This document shows, one piece after another, positions 45,086-55,643 of a stretch of 64,000 nucleotides of DNA. Source of the DNA: an uncultured virus (IMG/VR IMGVR_UViG_3300010150_000013). Lineage: Duplodnaviria; Heunggongvirae; Uroviricota; Caudoviricetes. Below the pieces are notes generated by a model, which searched no databases, had not been told where the DNA came from, and saw only the letters and a program-made list of their open reading frames with translations. The stretch covers positions 1-64,000 of the IMG/VR virus record IMGVR_UViG_3300010150_000013, one strand, 5' to 3'. Both the position numbers and the translations under genes were made by a program. Every line of letters starts with the position of its first letter. The stretch's first letter is position 1.

Positions 45086-46231
45086 CTAATTTATAGGCTT
45101 TACTAAGTGGTTTCTCCCTGTTAATACCCTATAATTATAGTGTGCAATTTCTCTCACTTTGGAATGCCATTCTCTAAATTCAGCACCTTTCAAATTGCAC
45201 AATCTTTCAATTTCATCTACAATTGCTATTGCTCGATCTCCATGATCTTCAATTTTATCGTATCCTTCATTTATATAAGGATGATAAGATCTATATCCTA
45301 ACTTTTTAAGATATTGCAATGTATTTGGAGAGCCTACCATTATATAAGGATGCCCCATTCCAATACATTTAAATATCTTCTCACTTAAAAATGGAACGTT
45401 TTCATAATACGTTGTTTCACTGATTACACTAAAATATGTTTCTTGATAGTACTTGTGTATTGATCGTTGATGTTCTGCTCTATTAGTAACAAGGTCTTCT
45501 TCATCAAGATACATCGGCGGCAACTGCTGCACGTCAGCAGAGCGTTTTAAAACTTTAGAAATTTCTTTATGGTCTTTGTGATTTTCTTCTAGTCGTGGCC
45601 ATACATGTTCCCAATTTAAATTATCGTCCGACGGTGCAAGGCTAACATAACCTTCATCTAATAAACCTCTATCATGAAGTAATGTAACCATTAGCGGCCT
45701 ATGTAAGCGCCAGCGTCTATTTAAATTAAGATATTTTTTAGAGTACTTGCGTTTCTTTTCCATAGTAGGAAAACTACTACGTTGTTGTACTGTGTCTTTA
45801 CCAGTATTTTCAAATAAAGTAAACCACATAATTTTAATTTCTTCAGCATTGTTTTTCTTACAGTACTTTACTGTATACTTGTACATAGTAGGTACACCAG
45901 ATAAAAACACAATCTGACTTGCTGGAATATTATATTTGTTAACTATGTGTTTATAAATTGCATCTACACTTTCGTAAAAGTATTCTAACGAGTTGTCTAG
46001 TACCAAGAATATCTTTTTAAACTGCAATTTAAGAATAGTGTGATGATCTAAAACAGTATCTAACGGAAAATGTTCAAAACTGTTTGGCCCAGAAAACATT
46101 ATAAAATAATAGTCTTGTTTTAATTTAATACGTCCTAGTTCAGCAGGATTGGTAGCTATAGTAACTTTCTGAGGATTGTTATTATCGTAAGTTATAAGAT
46201 ATGGTAAATTGTCGTTGTTTAAACAGGCCAT
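45086..46231 (-). CDS. Putative glycosyltransferase-like protein (ET...FLSEK family)
   Basis: LNRRWRLHR, FSVISET, FLSEKIFK, HPYI, LGYRS. Paralogue of 47009-48247. Confidence 0.55.
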   Translation of the reverse strand: MACLNNDNLPYLITYDNNNPQKVTIATNPAELGRIKLKQDYYFIMFSGPNSFEHFPLDTVLDHHTILKLQFKKIFLVLDNSLEYFYESVDAIYKHIVNKYNIPASQIVFLSGVPTMYKYTVKYCKKNNAEEIKIMWFTLFENTGKDTVQQRSSFPTMEKKRKYSKKYLNLNRRWRLHRPLMVTLLHDRGLLDEGYVSLAPSDDNLNWEHVWPRLEENHKDHKEISKVLKRSADVQQLPPMYLDEEDLVTNRAEHQRSIHKYYQETYFSVISETTYYENVPFLSEKIFKCIGMGHPYIMVGSPNTLQYLKKLGYRSYHPYINEGYDKIEDHGDRAIAIVDEIERLCNLKGAEFREWHSKVREIAHYNYRVLTGRNHLVKPIN

Positions 46232-47022
46232 TATAAATTCCTTGGAGTGTTATCATTTTCTATCCACCACTTTTCTAGGTCTTGAAAATCTTTTGCTTCT
46301 AATACTTTTTGATTTGTGTGTGCAACAAATCGTTTCATCTTTTCTGTTATATTATGATTTGGTAAGCATTTAGAAATGTATTCTAAATAGTGAGCAGGAG
46401 TAGGATGATAATCAGCAGTCTGTCCAGTGCTGTTGTGTCCGCGTATTGGTGTTTGTGGCCATACACCGTTAAACACAGTACTAAGTATGTCTGGTTTTAT
46501 TGCTGCTAGTGTTGAAGCATACAACTGTTTTATATCATCATAGTTAGTATCTTTCATTTCGTCACTTAGATTATTTGAGATCATATCGTTAATCTCAAAA
46601 GATGCCATGTTCCACATTTGAAAATCAGCAAGTCCGTTCTTCATGTATTGTCTTGTTAATTCTATAAGTCCTAAATCTCTCATTAGATAAAATCTATAAT
46701 CAAACCAATCGTATACAAACTTAGCAGAGATATTATTTTGTGTTGTAATATTTCCTGATGTTATCCAATGTTTGTGCCTATATCTATCTTCACGTGTAAC
46801 TGAACTCCACATAATAATAACTAAATCATCTTTGTTAAAATTATGTCTTAAATTTGCTTCTACTAGTTGATTAGAAATATAAAGATTACCTGCTCCGGCT
46901 TTTCCGTAGTTTATAGTTTCTGGTATTTCTTGTTTAATGATATCAGACCAAGTTGGCCATTTGTATCTAGTAAAACTACAACCAAATGTAAAACATCTTT
47001 TATAGTTATTAAACTGTTTCAA
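46231..47022 (-). CDS. SGNH-hydrolase/acyltransferase-like protein
   Basis: FGCSFT, NYGKAGAGN, DYHP blocks. Confidence 0.55.
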   Translation of the reverse strand: MKQFNNYKRCFTFGCSFTRYKWPTWSDIIKQEIPETINYGKAGAGNLYISNQLVEANLRHNFNKDDLVIIMWSSVTREDRYRHKHWITSGNITTQNNISAKFVYDWFDYRFYLMRDLGLIELTRQYMKNGLADFQMWNMASFEINDMISNNLSDEMKDTNYDDIKQLYASTLAAIKPDILSTVFNGVWPQTPIRGHNSTGQTADYHPTPAHYLEYISKCLPNHNITEKMKRFVAHTNQKVLEAKDFQDLEKWWIENDNTPRNL

Positions 47023-48247
47023 AGTATTTCTCCGCTGATTTTATACAATTAGTTATTGCATCTTTATAAAAGTCTTGTGTTCTTGCATGTTCAAAGTTAT
47101 GTTGTACAGCAGGATATGCATATAGCAAACGTCTTTGTTTAGTTTTAAAATCAAGACTAATCCACTCTTTTAAATTTTGTTGCACAGTCTTAAAACGTTC
47201 TAATGGATCTACAATTAAGTCATAGGGCTTATTAAACAATTTAAAGTCTGTTCTAAATCCTAATGAACGTAAACCAGCAAGTGTTCCTCTTGATGCAAGT
47301 GTAATAAAAGGATGTCCTAGCATAATAGGTTTAAACAATTTTTCTGTTAAAAATACGCTGTCGTCAAAGAATATAGTTTCAGTAACAACTGTTAAAAGCG
47401 TATTAGCATACAAGTCTGGATTAAAACTATTAGCAGCATTTGTAACACTCCAGTCTCCATCAAAGAATCTTGGAGTAAATTCTTTATGTCTTGCATAATT
47501 CTCTTTACCAATCAAGTATTCTGCATTTAGATCTTCACCTTCTTTAACTTCGTTACATGTAACAATCCCTTTGTCTAATAGCCCACTAATGCCTAAGTCT
47601 GTTACGTGTGCAGCTCTATGCGGTCTATGCACCCTATTTAAACTGTTAAATGCTTTGCTTTCTTCTCTATACATTGCACCTTTAATTAATGGCTTGTAGG
47701 GCATAGATTGATTCATAAATATCTTTAAGAAGTGATTTGAATATGCAACTTCAAACATACGTGGATTACCTGTTTTCTCTAACCAATCTTCGTAGTGTTT
47801 TTCAACTAGTTGACTTCCTTGCATAATGTAAACAGATAGAGGCGGCAGGCCTCTTTCGATTGCAGCATCGTGTATACGCTGCCACCCATCACCTAATGCT
47901 TTATGTATAAAAGGTCCTCCCTCTTTATCAGCACCAATTACAAGTCTTAATCTTTTTTTCTTTACTAGTTTTACAATATTCTTTGGCAGTGCAGATATAA
48001 TATCTGTTGGACCATTATGTACAGAACTAAGTCCAGTCCACCAACAAGGATCTCCATTAACATCAATATAATATATGCCAGGCGAATGTTGACAGTTTAC
48101 TAATTCTTGTACAGGCTTCTTCATACTGCGCAATGTATTTTTAATAATTGTTCCTTTAGAAGTTAGATACCAATCAGTTTCATCTGTAGTAGAAAGATGA
48201 GCTAAATTTTCTGTTGATTCGTCCATGGTATCAAAATAAAAATTCAT
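47009..48247 (-). CDS. Putative glycosyltransferase-like protein (ET...FLTEK family)
   Basis: LNRVHRPHR, VVTET, FLTEKLFKPI, HPFI, LGFRT. Confidence 0.55.
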   Translation of the reverse strand: MNFYFDTMDESTENLAHLSTTDETDWYLTSKGTIIKNTLRSMKKPVQELVNCQHSPGIYYIDVNGDPCWWTGLSSVHNGPTDIISALPKNIVKLVKKKRLRLVIGADKEGGPFIHKALGDGWQRIHDAAIERGLPPLSVYIMQGSQLVEKHYEDWLEKTGNPRMFEVAYSNHFLKIFMNQSMPYKPLIKGAMYREESKAFNSLNRVHRPHRAAHVTDLGISGLLDKGIVTCNEVKEGEDLNAEYLIGKENYARHKEFTPRFFDGDWSVTNAANSFNPDLYANTLLTVVTETIFFDDSVFLTEKLFKPIMLGHPFITLASRGTLAGLRSLGFRTDFKLFNKPYDLIVDPLERFKTVQQNLKEWISLDFKTKQRRLLYAYPAVQHNFEHARTQDFYKDAITNCIKSAEKYFETV

Positions 48248-49443
48248 TATATCAATCCTTTCAGTTCAGGAAATGTTTCCTCAAAGTTTTCATTTCTAAT
48301 TATGTCATAGTGGTGTGTACGATTTTTAAACTGCTGTCTTGTTTTTTCATTAAACTTAGAATTGTTTATATAACTTACAACACCTTTTAGCATATCGTCA
48401 ATATGCTTGTTATATTTTTTGCTTTGTATCTTTTCAATAATTTCTGTTTTAAATGCATCATCTAATACTGATGCTGTGTAATATTCTGGATATTGTATAT
48501 TATACATCTGTGGGAAATAATCTTCGATATCAAAGAAGCCCTCATTTAACACATAATCAAAAAAGTCTGTTAGTGTGTATAAATTAAAAACACTAACAAC
48601 TGTATTGCTTTGCATTTTAATGTGCGGACATTCTTGCTTTATCTTTTGTATATTACTTTTAATTAAATTCCAATCTGTTCCTGATCTAATATATTCTGCT
48701 CTGCTTCCATAATGATCTAAACTTGCACCTATGTGTATAGTATCAAAGTGTTTCCATAGCTCTAAGACGCTCTTAGACTTGTATTTTAGCACACTACAGT
48801 TACTATTATACTCTAACTTCACATTTGTTTTACCTATTGAAATAAGGTGTTCTAGTATATCATAGTGCTTATCTGTAAGCAAAGGTTCGCCACCAGCAAA
48901 GTAAAATGTTTCAATGTCTTTAAAGTGTGGAAGGAATTGGTTATACAACTTATCGTTGTCATTGCCATCTGCTAAAATGAAGATAGGTTTCTTTTCACCT
49001 TGTGCATTATCTTCTTGCGCCCATGTGCTAGAATATGTGCTACTACAACTACGGCATTTAAAGTTACAAATATTACTCCAGCGTACATCAAAGTGTTTTA
49101 GATGCATTACTGGCAATGTTCCGTCATCTTCTGTATGTGCTATTAGCCCTGTGGTATCACCAAAGTATGGATTGCTGTTAGCATGTATTCTTGAACTTTC
49201 TGCGCCGCCATCTTCTATGTTATAACATGCTTGGCATTCTACACAACGTTTTCCTTCAAGCATGTTTTTACGCATCTGCTTATAAGGTTTATCATTCCAA
49301 ATTTCTTTGATTGTGTGTTGTCTTACATTACCTAAGGGTTTGTCCCATTCACCAACACAACAAGGTAGTACTGACCCGTCTGGATTTACATACATGTGCA
49401 ACCAAGGTAAAATGCAAAATGTATCAGACCTTTTCGCAGTCAT
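48247..49443 (-). CDS. Radical SAM protein with N-terminal SPASM/twitch-like segment
   Basis: CILPW...DGSVLPCC...CQAC, then CNFKCRSC, GGEP. Confidence 0.85.
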   Translation of the reverse strand: MTAKRSDTFCILPWLHMYVNPDGSVLPCCVGEWDKPLGNVRQHTIKEIWNDKPYKQMRKNMLEGKRCVECQACYNIEDGGAESSRIHANSNPYFGDTTGLIAHTEDDGTLPVMHLKHFDVRWSNICNFKCRSCSSTYSSTWAQEDNAQGEKKPIFILADGNDNDKLYNQFLPHFKDIETFYFAGGEPLLTDKHYDILEHLISIGKTNVKLEYNSNCSVLKYKSKSVLELWKHFDTIHIGASLDHYGSRAEYIRSGTDWNLIKSNIQKIKQECPHIKMQSNTVVSVFNLYTLTDFFDYVLNEGFFDIEDYFPQMYNIQYPEYYTASVLDDAFKTEIIEKIQSKKYNKHIDDMLKGVVSYINNSKFNEKTRQQFKNRTHHYDIIRNENFEETFPELKGLI

Positions 49444-50791
49444 AGTAGAAGTCCTTTAAGTCTGGAAATGTATTAGTGAAGTTAACATTTCTTCTTTTGT
49501 CGTATTCAGTAAACCACTGATAAAAATCTTTTCGACCTTCTGTTAATCTGTTAACATCGTACTGTGTTCTTTCCATATAGTCTACTACACGTCTAAACTT
49601 TTCATACTCTAGTTCACTAAATTTATGCCTATCTTGATCGTCCATGTTATCAACAATAAACTGTAAATGCTTTTTCATGTACGGCATAAATTTATCTTTA
49701 GGTAAGATGTTCATATCGTATTGTAGCGGCTCTTTTAAATACGGAGTATCAAATCTAATACGCTGCCACTTAGTTTGATTATCACTATTATACTTTATAC
49801 GCCAGTCTAAAAACTTTTGCAATAATGTGCTAAAGTTAGTTACAGTTAAAATATTAAATGTAACCATAAATGTTAAAGGCATATTAGTTCTAGTCATGTA
49901 CATGTCTAGATTCTTTTCCCATAGCTCTAAGTCTAAGCCTGTTCTAATATACTCTGCTTGTGGTCCCCATGTATCAATACTAGTAAAGATTTTAAAGTCT
50001 TTGATACAGCCTTTTTCAACTAAACTGTTTACTTTGTCAGTGAACCGTTCAATAAGAATAGGCTTAACACCTAAGTTAGTATTAATGTTTAATTCTAAGT
50101 TAGGACAAGGATTCTTTTCAAGCTCGTCAAATACTCTCCATGTGCTTTGCTGTAATAAGGGTTCGCCTCCTGTAATACGTAAAATCGTAAGTGTCTTACG
50201 CAATTCAGGCCACCACTTCCACCATGCTTTAACATACGGATTTGTTTCTTCATCTTTGTGTATTTTAAACCAGTCAATATCATTCCTATGATTCTTAACC
50301 ATAGTGTACGGACCTTCTTTTTCAATTTCTTTGTAGTAACTGCTAGAATGTTTAGGGTGACAATAACCGCACTTAAAATTACATTCATTACCAAACGAAA
50401 CTTCAACATACTGTGGATTTACATTCGCCATTGGTTCTTGTTTAATTGCATTAAATCTTTCAGGCGTGTATATACTTGCGTTACGTTCTTTACGATCGCT
50501 TATATAGTCTTTACCCATACATTCAACATTCCAACAGTATTGACATCCGCTAGGCTTTTTACCGTCCATCATTTCTTGGCGTTCTGCTTTTTTCTGCTGT
50601 GTATTATGTAACGCACTAGGATCTGCTTCTATTTCATGCAAAGGTATTTTGTGTGGTGCAGGGTGATAACAACTATGTGTTTCTCCTGTACCTAAATACA
50701 ACGTTGTATGATGCCATTTGGCCATACAGAATGTAGGACTTAGCTCGTCCATAATAGGTATAAATTTTTCTATCCTATCTTTATCCTGCAT
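49424..50791 (-). CDS. Radical SAM protein with N-terminal SPASM/twitch-like segment
   Basis: CMAKW...SCYH...CQYC, then CNFKCGYC, TGGEP. Confidence 0.85.
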   Translation of the reverse strand: MQDKDRIEKFIPIMDELSPTFCMAKWHHTTLYLGTGETHSCYHPAPHKIPLHEIEADPSALHNTQQKKAERQEMMDGKKPSGCQYCWNVECMGKDYISDRKERNASIYTPERFNAIKQEPMANVNPQYVEVSFGNECNFKCGYCHPKHSSSYYKEIEKEGPYTMVKNHRNDIDWFKIHKDEETNPYVKAWWKWWPELRKTLTILRITGGEPLLQQSTWRVFDELEKNPCPNLELNINTNLGVKPILIERFTDKVNSLVEKGCIKDFKIFTSIDTWGPQAEYIRTGLDLELWEKNLDMYMTRTNMPLTFMVTFNILTVTNFSTLLQKFLDWRIKYNSDNQTKWQRIRFDTPYLKEPLQYDMNILPKDKFMPYMKKHLQFIVDNMDDQDRHKFSELEYEKFRRVVDYMERTQYDVNRLTEGRKDFYQWFTEYDKRRNVNFTNTFPDLKDFYYDCEKV

Positions 50792-52421
50792 TAAACTTTT
50801 CCTTTAACCAATCAAAGTCATTTATCTTACGTAGATTTTCTGGCTTGTTACTATTTGCAACTCCGTATTCTCTACCAGCTTTTGCTCCTGTTAGTGCGTA
50901 CTCTGCAAAAGGTCCTTTTGCTTCTTTACACCAGATATCTAAACGTTTCTCAGTTTCCATATTATCCTGTCTGTTAATAGATCTACTAGCCAATTTAACA
51001 CATTCTCTGAATGCACTTTTCCATGTACTGTATTCATCAGTATCAAACACACTAATGTTACTTACTTCGTTCATTGCTCTGAACTTTGTAGATAGGCTTG
51101 TTGTCATGTCTGTAGTAAAGTCTGTAATATCCATAACTGCTTGTCTTGGTAATAATTTTACACCACCGTAACCATATTCTAAATCATTTACTGCGTTTTT
51201 ACTTCTCCATACATGCACAGTGTCTTGATCCCAAAACGGAACAATATGATTAAATTTAAAGTGTTTAATTAATTGAGCATCGCCATCAACTACCCAAAAC
51301 ATATTTGTTTCACATAATCTTGCTGCTTCCATATGTGCTTGATGAATACCTTTTACATCACGTATCCAACGTAACTTTATACTAGGATCTTGTACCCTTA
51401 TAATATCTTGTAATTCTTTAAAATGCTTATCTGCATTTTTTTCTTTATAACTTATAAACGCAATATCATAAGGTGTTTGCTCACTACTATTTTCTTTTAC
51501 ATCTTTTTTGTTAGTAAAGAATCTTGATTTAAATTCACGTTCTGTTACAGGACGTTCTTTTGAAAACAATGTAACTCCGTCATAGAACTGGCCATTGTTT
51601 TGAAAACAGTGTGTAAGTTTTCTATGATAACTGTCATACTTAGGAATGTAATAATCAAACTTAAAACTATCAATAATATTTAGATCAGGATACACACCCC
51701 AGAACATATCACCTGTTGCTTTTTCTTGTGCGTTTTGATAATCTTCAAAAGTTGCTAATTGAAATATTTCCCACTTCTTGGGTTCACTTGCTACTATATT
51801 GATTTCTTTTTTATTTGTAAAAAATCTATAATCAAATTCACGTTTAGCAATTTTATTATCTTTATGACAAATAAAGATACCATCATACGTTTTATTATTT
51901 TTAAAAACATGTACAACATCTTTATCCCAAAAAGGAACTTGGTATTGAGGTATATCGTTTGGAATTACGTCATCAGGTATACACAATATAAATTCTGATT
52001 GTGCAATTTCTTGTGCTGTAACAAGTCCTTCATAACTATCTAATTTAACAATATCATACGGCTTAGGTGTACTTGCTACTATATCAATCTCTTTCTTGTC
52101 TGTAAAAAATCTGTATTTCCATTCTTTGTTTGCTACATTTAAGTTTTTAGGAAATAAACATACACCATCAAAATGTTCACCATTTTTAAATACATGAATG
52201 TACTGATCGTCCCATTCTGTAACTCTATATGTTAAATCGAAATCTTGTGTTAGATACAAATTGTCCCATACTACCCAAAAGTTTTTTGTAAGAGACTTTT
52301 TGTTTAGTGTTTCATAACTTTCACAATTTTCTATTTTTTGTGCGTGTGGAAATCTTGCCTTGAAATTACTCCATGCTATTTCATTAACGTTCCCGTCACT
52401 GACAAAAAAGATATCATACAT
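50781..52421 (-). CDS. GT-A glycosyltransferase-like protein with N-terminal repeats
   Basis: C-terminal YDIAFISY...FWVVDGDA (DxD)...YGGVKL...AFRECVKL. Three upstream repeats ending RFFTxKK. Confidence 0.7.
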   Translation of the reverse strand: MYDIFFVSDGNVNEIAWSNFKARFPHAQKIENCESYETLNKKSLTKNFWVVWDNLYLTQDFDLTYRVTEWDDQYIHVFKNGEHFDGVCLFPKNLNVANKEWKYRFFTDKKEIDIVASTPKPYDIVKLDSYEGLVTAQEIAQSEFILCIPDDVIPNDIPQYQVPFWDKDVVHVFKNNKTYDGIFICHKDNKIAKREFDYRFFTNKKEINIVASEPKKWEIFQLATFEDYQNAQEKATGDMFWGVYPDLNIIDSFKFDYYIPKYDSYHRKLTHCFQNNGQFYDGVTLFSKERPVTEREFKSRFFTNKKDVKENSSEQTPYDIAFISYKEKNADKHFKELQDIIRVQDPSIKLRWIRDVKGIHQAHMEAARLCETNMFWVVDGDAQLIKHFKFNHIVPFWDQDTVHVWRSKNAVNDLEYGYGGVKLLPRQAVMDITDFTTDMTTSLSTKFRAMNEVSNISVFDTDEYSTWKSAFRECVKLASRSINRQDNMETEKRLDIWCKEAKGPFAEYALTGAKAGREYGVANSNKPENLRKINDFDWLKEKFNAG

Positions 52422-53319
52422 ATTTTTTACTATAATAAGTTTGGCCTAGGTTTAATGCTTCGTCATATAAATCCATTGTATACCTACTTGCATCAGGTTC
52501 TAACCAAACCCAATCAAGACCTAAGTTTATATTGATTTCATTACCTAACCGTTTAATTTCTGCAATACATGCTTCGCTGTCTTTTGAAAAGTGTTCTGCT
52601 TTTTCTTTCCATATATCGCCAAGTATTTCAAAGTCTCTAACTTGTATATGATCCCAGTCTGTACAGTTAGTCATATATGTTCCTTGCCTTGCACCTAATA
52701 TTGACATAATACCGTTTTCTACATGTGAGCCAACAGTTGACCACATTCTAAGTCTGTGAATATTGTGCCACCAAATTCTTTCTTTAATTTCCATAGGCGG
52801 AAGTTTTAATCCATCGGACAGTGTCATTTTAACACCTTCTCGAAAACCTGCTCTCCATGCATGGTATGGAGTTGCATTTACTTTTGTATCACTGTATGTC
52901 ATAGGAAAGTTTCTGTAACCTGTTTCCCAACAAAAATCAACTTGAGCTCTTTCGCTATCTGCGTTTTCATGCGTTTTCATATTAAGTAAATGATCTTTAG
53001 ACCATAACTTTAATCCGCCGTTACCGTAACGTAAACCATTAACAGTATTCTTTCCACACCAACTATAAACTTTAATTTCTTCTTCTGACATGTCTAAGTC
53101 AAGATTAAAATATTCAGGATATACTATATTGTCTGCATCAACTGTAAGCAACCAATCAGTTTCAGATTGCTCTGCACATGCTTTATGTGCATGGTCACTT
53201 CCTTTTACACCATGTACACGTTTTGCCCAGGGTAATTTATTACACAGATCTGCATAATGCAAATCAGCAAACGGTTCATCATACGATAAAAAGAATACGT
53301 CGAACTCGACTACTCTCAT
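52414..53319 (-). CDS. GT-A glycosyltransferase-like protein
   Basis: FDVFFLSYDE, TVDADN (DxD), YGNGGLK, AGFREGVKM. Confidence 0.7.
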   Translation of the reverse strand: MRVVEFDVFFLSYDEPFADLHYADLCNKLPWAKRVHGVKGSDHAHKACAEQSETDWLLTVDADNIVYPEYFNLDLDMSEEEIKVYSWCGKNTVNGLRYGNGGLKLWSKDHLLNMKTHENADSERAQVDFCWETGYRNFPMTYSDTKVNATPYHAWRAGFREGVKMTLSDGLKLPPMEIKERIWWHNIHRLRMWSTVGSHVENGIMSILGARQGTYMTNCTDWDHIQVRDFEILGDIWKEKAEHFSKDSEACIAEIKRLGNEININLGLDWVWLEPDASRYTMDLYDEALNLGQTYYSKKYV

Positions 53320-53970
53320 TTAAATCTCCTCTAGTACATAGTTTTTAAACAGTCTACGAGTAAACACACTAAACTTTCCTGTTATGTCTACATCATCTAC
53401 TGTTACAGAATTACCTGTTAGCTCATCAAGTGTAACATCAAATGTTTTTTGCGGAAAGTGCGGATCGTTATAATCAGCTATTGTAAAAGATAAAGTTGTA
53501 TCTCCTTGCCAAAAAACATTTCTTGGTGTTGCTGGTTGCCACTGATCATCTAAAACTTTTGTGCCGCCATATTCCTCGCTTAGTTCTACAGTAAGTTTAC
53601 TACTACCTTTATTGTATGTAAGATAAATGTCTGGCTTTACTTCTTCATCTAAGTAACGTTTATCAATAACTCTATGCAGTACATCATCAATCTTTGTTAA
53701 AGTTTTTTCTTCAGTGATTTCAAACTTACCTTCACTAGTGTCAAAGAAACAATTATTAATATGAATCTCACCATTAATAATTTTAATAGCAAGATCCTCT
53801 TCAACCTCAGCGATGTTTTTACTGTATTCCATTTCTATCGAAGCATACGGGCCTACTGATATTAACTGGCCTGTGTCTGCGTCAAATGCTGCTCCAAACC
53901 TACGCTCTGGCTCTTTATAATTCTTGAGCCATTCGTCGAAGTCTGGCATAAACTCTTCTATTTCTTCCAT
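53320..53970 (-). CDS. Hypothetical acidic protein
   Basis: Operon packing. Confidence 0.7.
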   Translation of the reverse strand: MEEIEEFMPDFDEWLKNYKEPERRFGAAFDADTGQLISVGPYASIEMEYSKNIAEVEEDLAIKIINGEIHINNCFFDTSEGKFEITEEKTLTKIDDVLHRVIDKRYLDEEVKPDIYLTYNKGSSKLTVELSEEYGGTKVLDDQWQPATPRNVFWQGDTTLSFTIADYNDPHFPQKTFDVTLDELTGNSVTVDDVDITGKFSVFTRRLFKNYVLEEI

Positions 53971-54797
53971 GCTATTTCCTCCAGTACATTAACTGTTTCT
54001 AAAGTCATTTTATTTTTTTCAACATAATGTACAATGTCGTTTTGTTGATAACTACCTATTTTTAATTTGCCTTTATCATTTAAGTAGTAGCCTACGTGAT
54101 CTGAAAACTTATCAGCAGCCCAAGGCCAATTTTGTACAGCACCTTTCATGTGTACAACTCTTGGGAAGCTCAAAGGATACGCAATATCATCTGTAATATC
54201 TAATATTTTTGCAGCCATTGAAAATGCTTCATCTGTTCCAATTACTTTAGGTCTATGTTTTGTTAAAAACAAATTACTGTATTCGTTTGGATTGTCCATT
54301 ATAGAACGTTGTAAAGCAAAGAACTCACTTGCTAGTTTACTATCTTTTTTGAAGAAAGTAAAAAATGAATATAAGTTAGGTAATTCATTTGCAGTAAATG
54401 TTCTTCTATAGTAATCGCTAGTTACTTCTTCACCTCTGTAAGTGTATGCTTTGTTAGCAACATACAATTCAGAATGTTTAATAAAATAATCAATCCAATG
54501 ACTATAATCTCTAAAGAACAACATGTCTGCATCTAAGCATACAGTATGTTCCCACGGTGAAAGCTCGTCCATGTAAGAACGGCCGTCCCAAAAACCTTTT
54601 TTATCCCATTCAATAACTTCATCAAACACCCATGTAGATTTAAAATTTTCTATTTGGGTTTTGTCATCAATTACTAATGCGACTTTATCGTAACCTTCTT
54701 TTTGTGTATTCTTAATACTTAATGCAAGTGCATACGCCATTTGTGCATAATTATATTCTTCAGAAGTTGCAACAACTATTAGATATCCAAAGTTCAT
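53958..54797 (-). CDS. Nucleotide-diphospho-sugar transferase-like (GT8-like)
   Basis: SPWEHTVCLDADML, TDEAF, VHMK. Confidence 0.65.
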   Translation of the reverse strand: MNFGYLIVVATSEEYNYAQMAYALALSIKNTQKEGYDKVALVIDDKTQIENFKSTWVFDEVIEWDKKGFWDGRSYMDELSPWEHTVCLDADMLFFRDYSHWIDYFIKHSELYVANKAYTYRGEEVTSDYYRRTFTANELPNLYSFFTFFKKDSKLASEFFALQRSIMDNPNEYSNLFLTKHRPKVIGTDEAFSMAAKILDITDDIAYPLSFPRVVHMKGAVQNWPWAADKFSDHVGYYLNDKGKLKIGSYQQNDIVHYVEKNKMTLETVNVLEEIAWKK

Positions 54798-55642
54798 ATC
54801 AACTCCATTAGTTTATCGAAGTTTCTCTCAATGCTTTTTTTATTCATTACATGTACATCTCTACCTGTAGATGAAGCAGCTACCTGCTCATTAGTTAATA
54901 AAAATTGTAATGTATTGTCTTTTACATCAAATAAAATATCTCTATCTATTGTAGAAAACACTGGCGGCATTTTATATTCAGTATCTACTTCTTGAAAACC
55001 ATTTAGTATATGATTAGCAATTGCAAAACTAATATCATTTCTATACATTCTGCTATCAAATCTATATGTGTCTGCAAAGAACTTATAATTTTTTTGTATG
55101 TATTGCACTAAATCAAAAAGTACTTTTGTTTGTTCATTCTTGGTAAACATAACTGTTGTTGCCCAAAGTAGTTTAACTCCAGTATCCGAAACATACTTGT
55201 CATGGTAACCTGCTCGAGTTCCCATAATATCATTATACTCATGCGATATTAAAAAGTCTTGTTCAACATCCCAATAGTTGTTTAGTGTATCTGAAAATGT
55301 TAGATAATCGCAATCTAACAATAATGTTCTTTCATAAGGTGTAATATCCCAAACATTTGGTCTGTTTGAATTATCAAAAGGTACCGCTTCAAAATCATTT
55401 CCATCATGAAGGTTTCTGTATTGCTGTGTTGGAGGACGCTCTACAAAAATAATACTATCAAAGATTTCTTCTGCTTTATCTGCGGTACCGATTTCTTCCA
55501 TATAATCAACAGTTGATTTATCTGTGATTAATGAAACTGGATAGCCGAGATGCTTTTTGGCAAGGCCGCCTGCTACCAATGCTAGTTTAGAATAATCTAA
55601 ACTTCGGCTGTTATGAGCAAATATTACAATTCCTTTATTCAT
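54794..55642 (-). CDS. Nucleotide-diphospho-sugar transferase-like (GT8-like)
   Basis: TPYERTLLLDCDYL, RNDISF, HVMNK. Paralogue of adjacent gene. Confidence 0.65.
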   Translation of the reverse strand: MNKGIVIFAHNSRSLDYSKLALVAGGLAKKHLGYPVSLITDKSTVDYMEEIGTADKAEEIFDSIIFVERPPTQQYRNLHDGNDFEAVPFDNSNRPNVWDITPYERTLLLDCDYLTFSDTLNNYWDVEQDFLISHEYNDIMGTRAGYHDKYVSDTGVKLLWATTVMFTKNEQTKVLFDLVQYIQKNYKFFADTYRFDSRMYRNDISFAIANHILNGFQEVDTEYKMPPVFSTIDRDILFDVKDNTLQFLLTNEQVAASSTGRDVHVMNKKSIERNFDKLMELI

Positions 55643-55643
55643 A

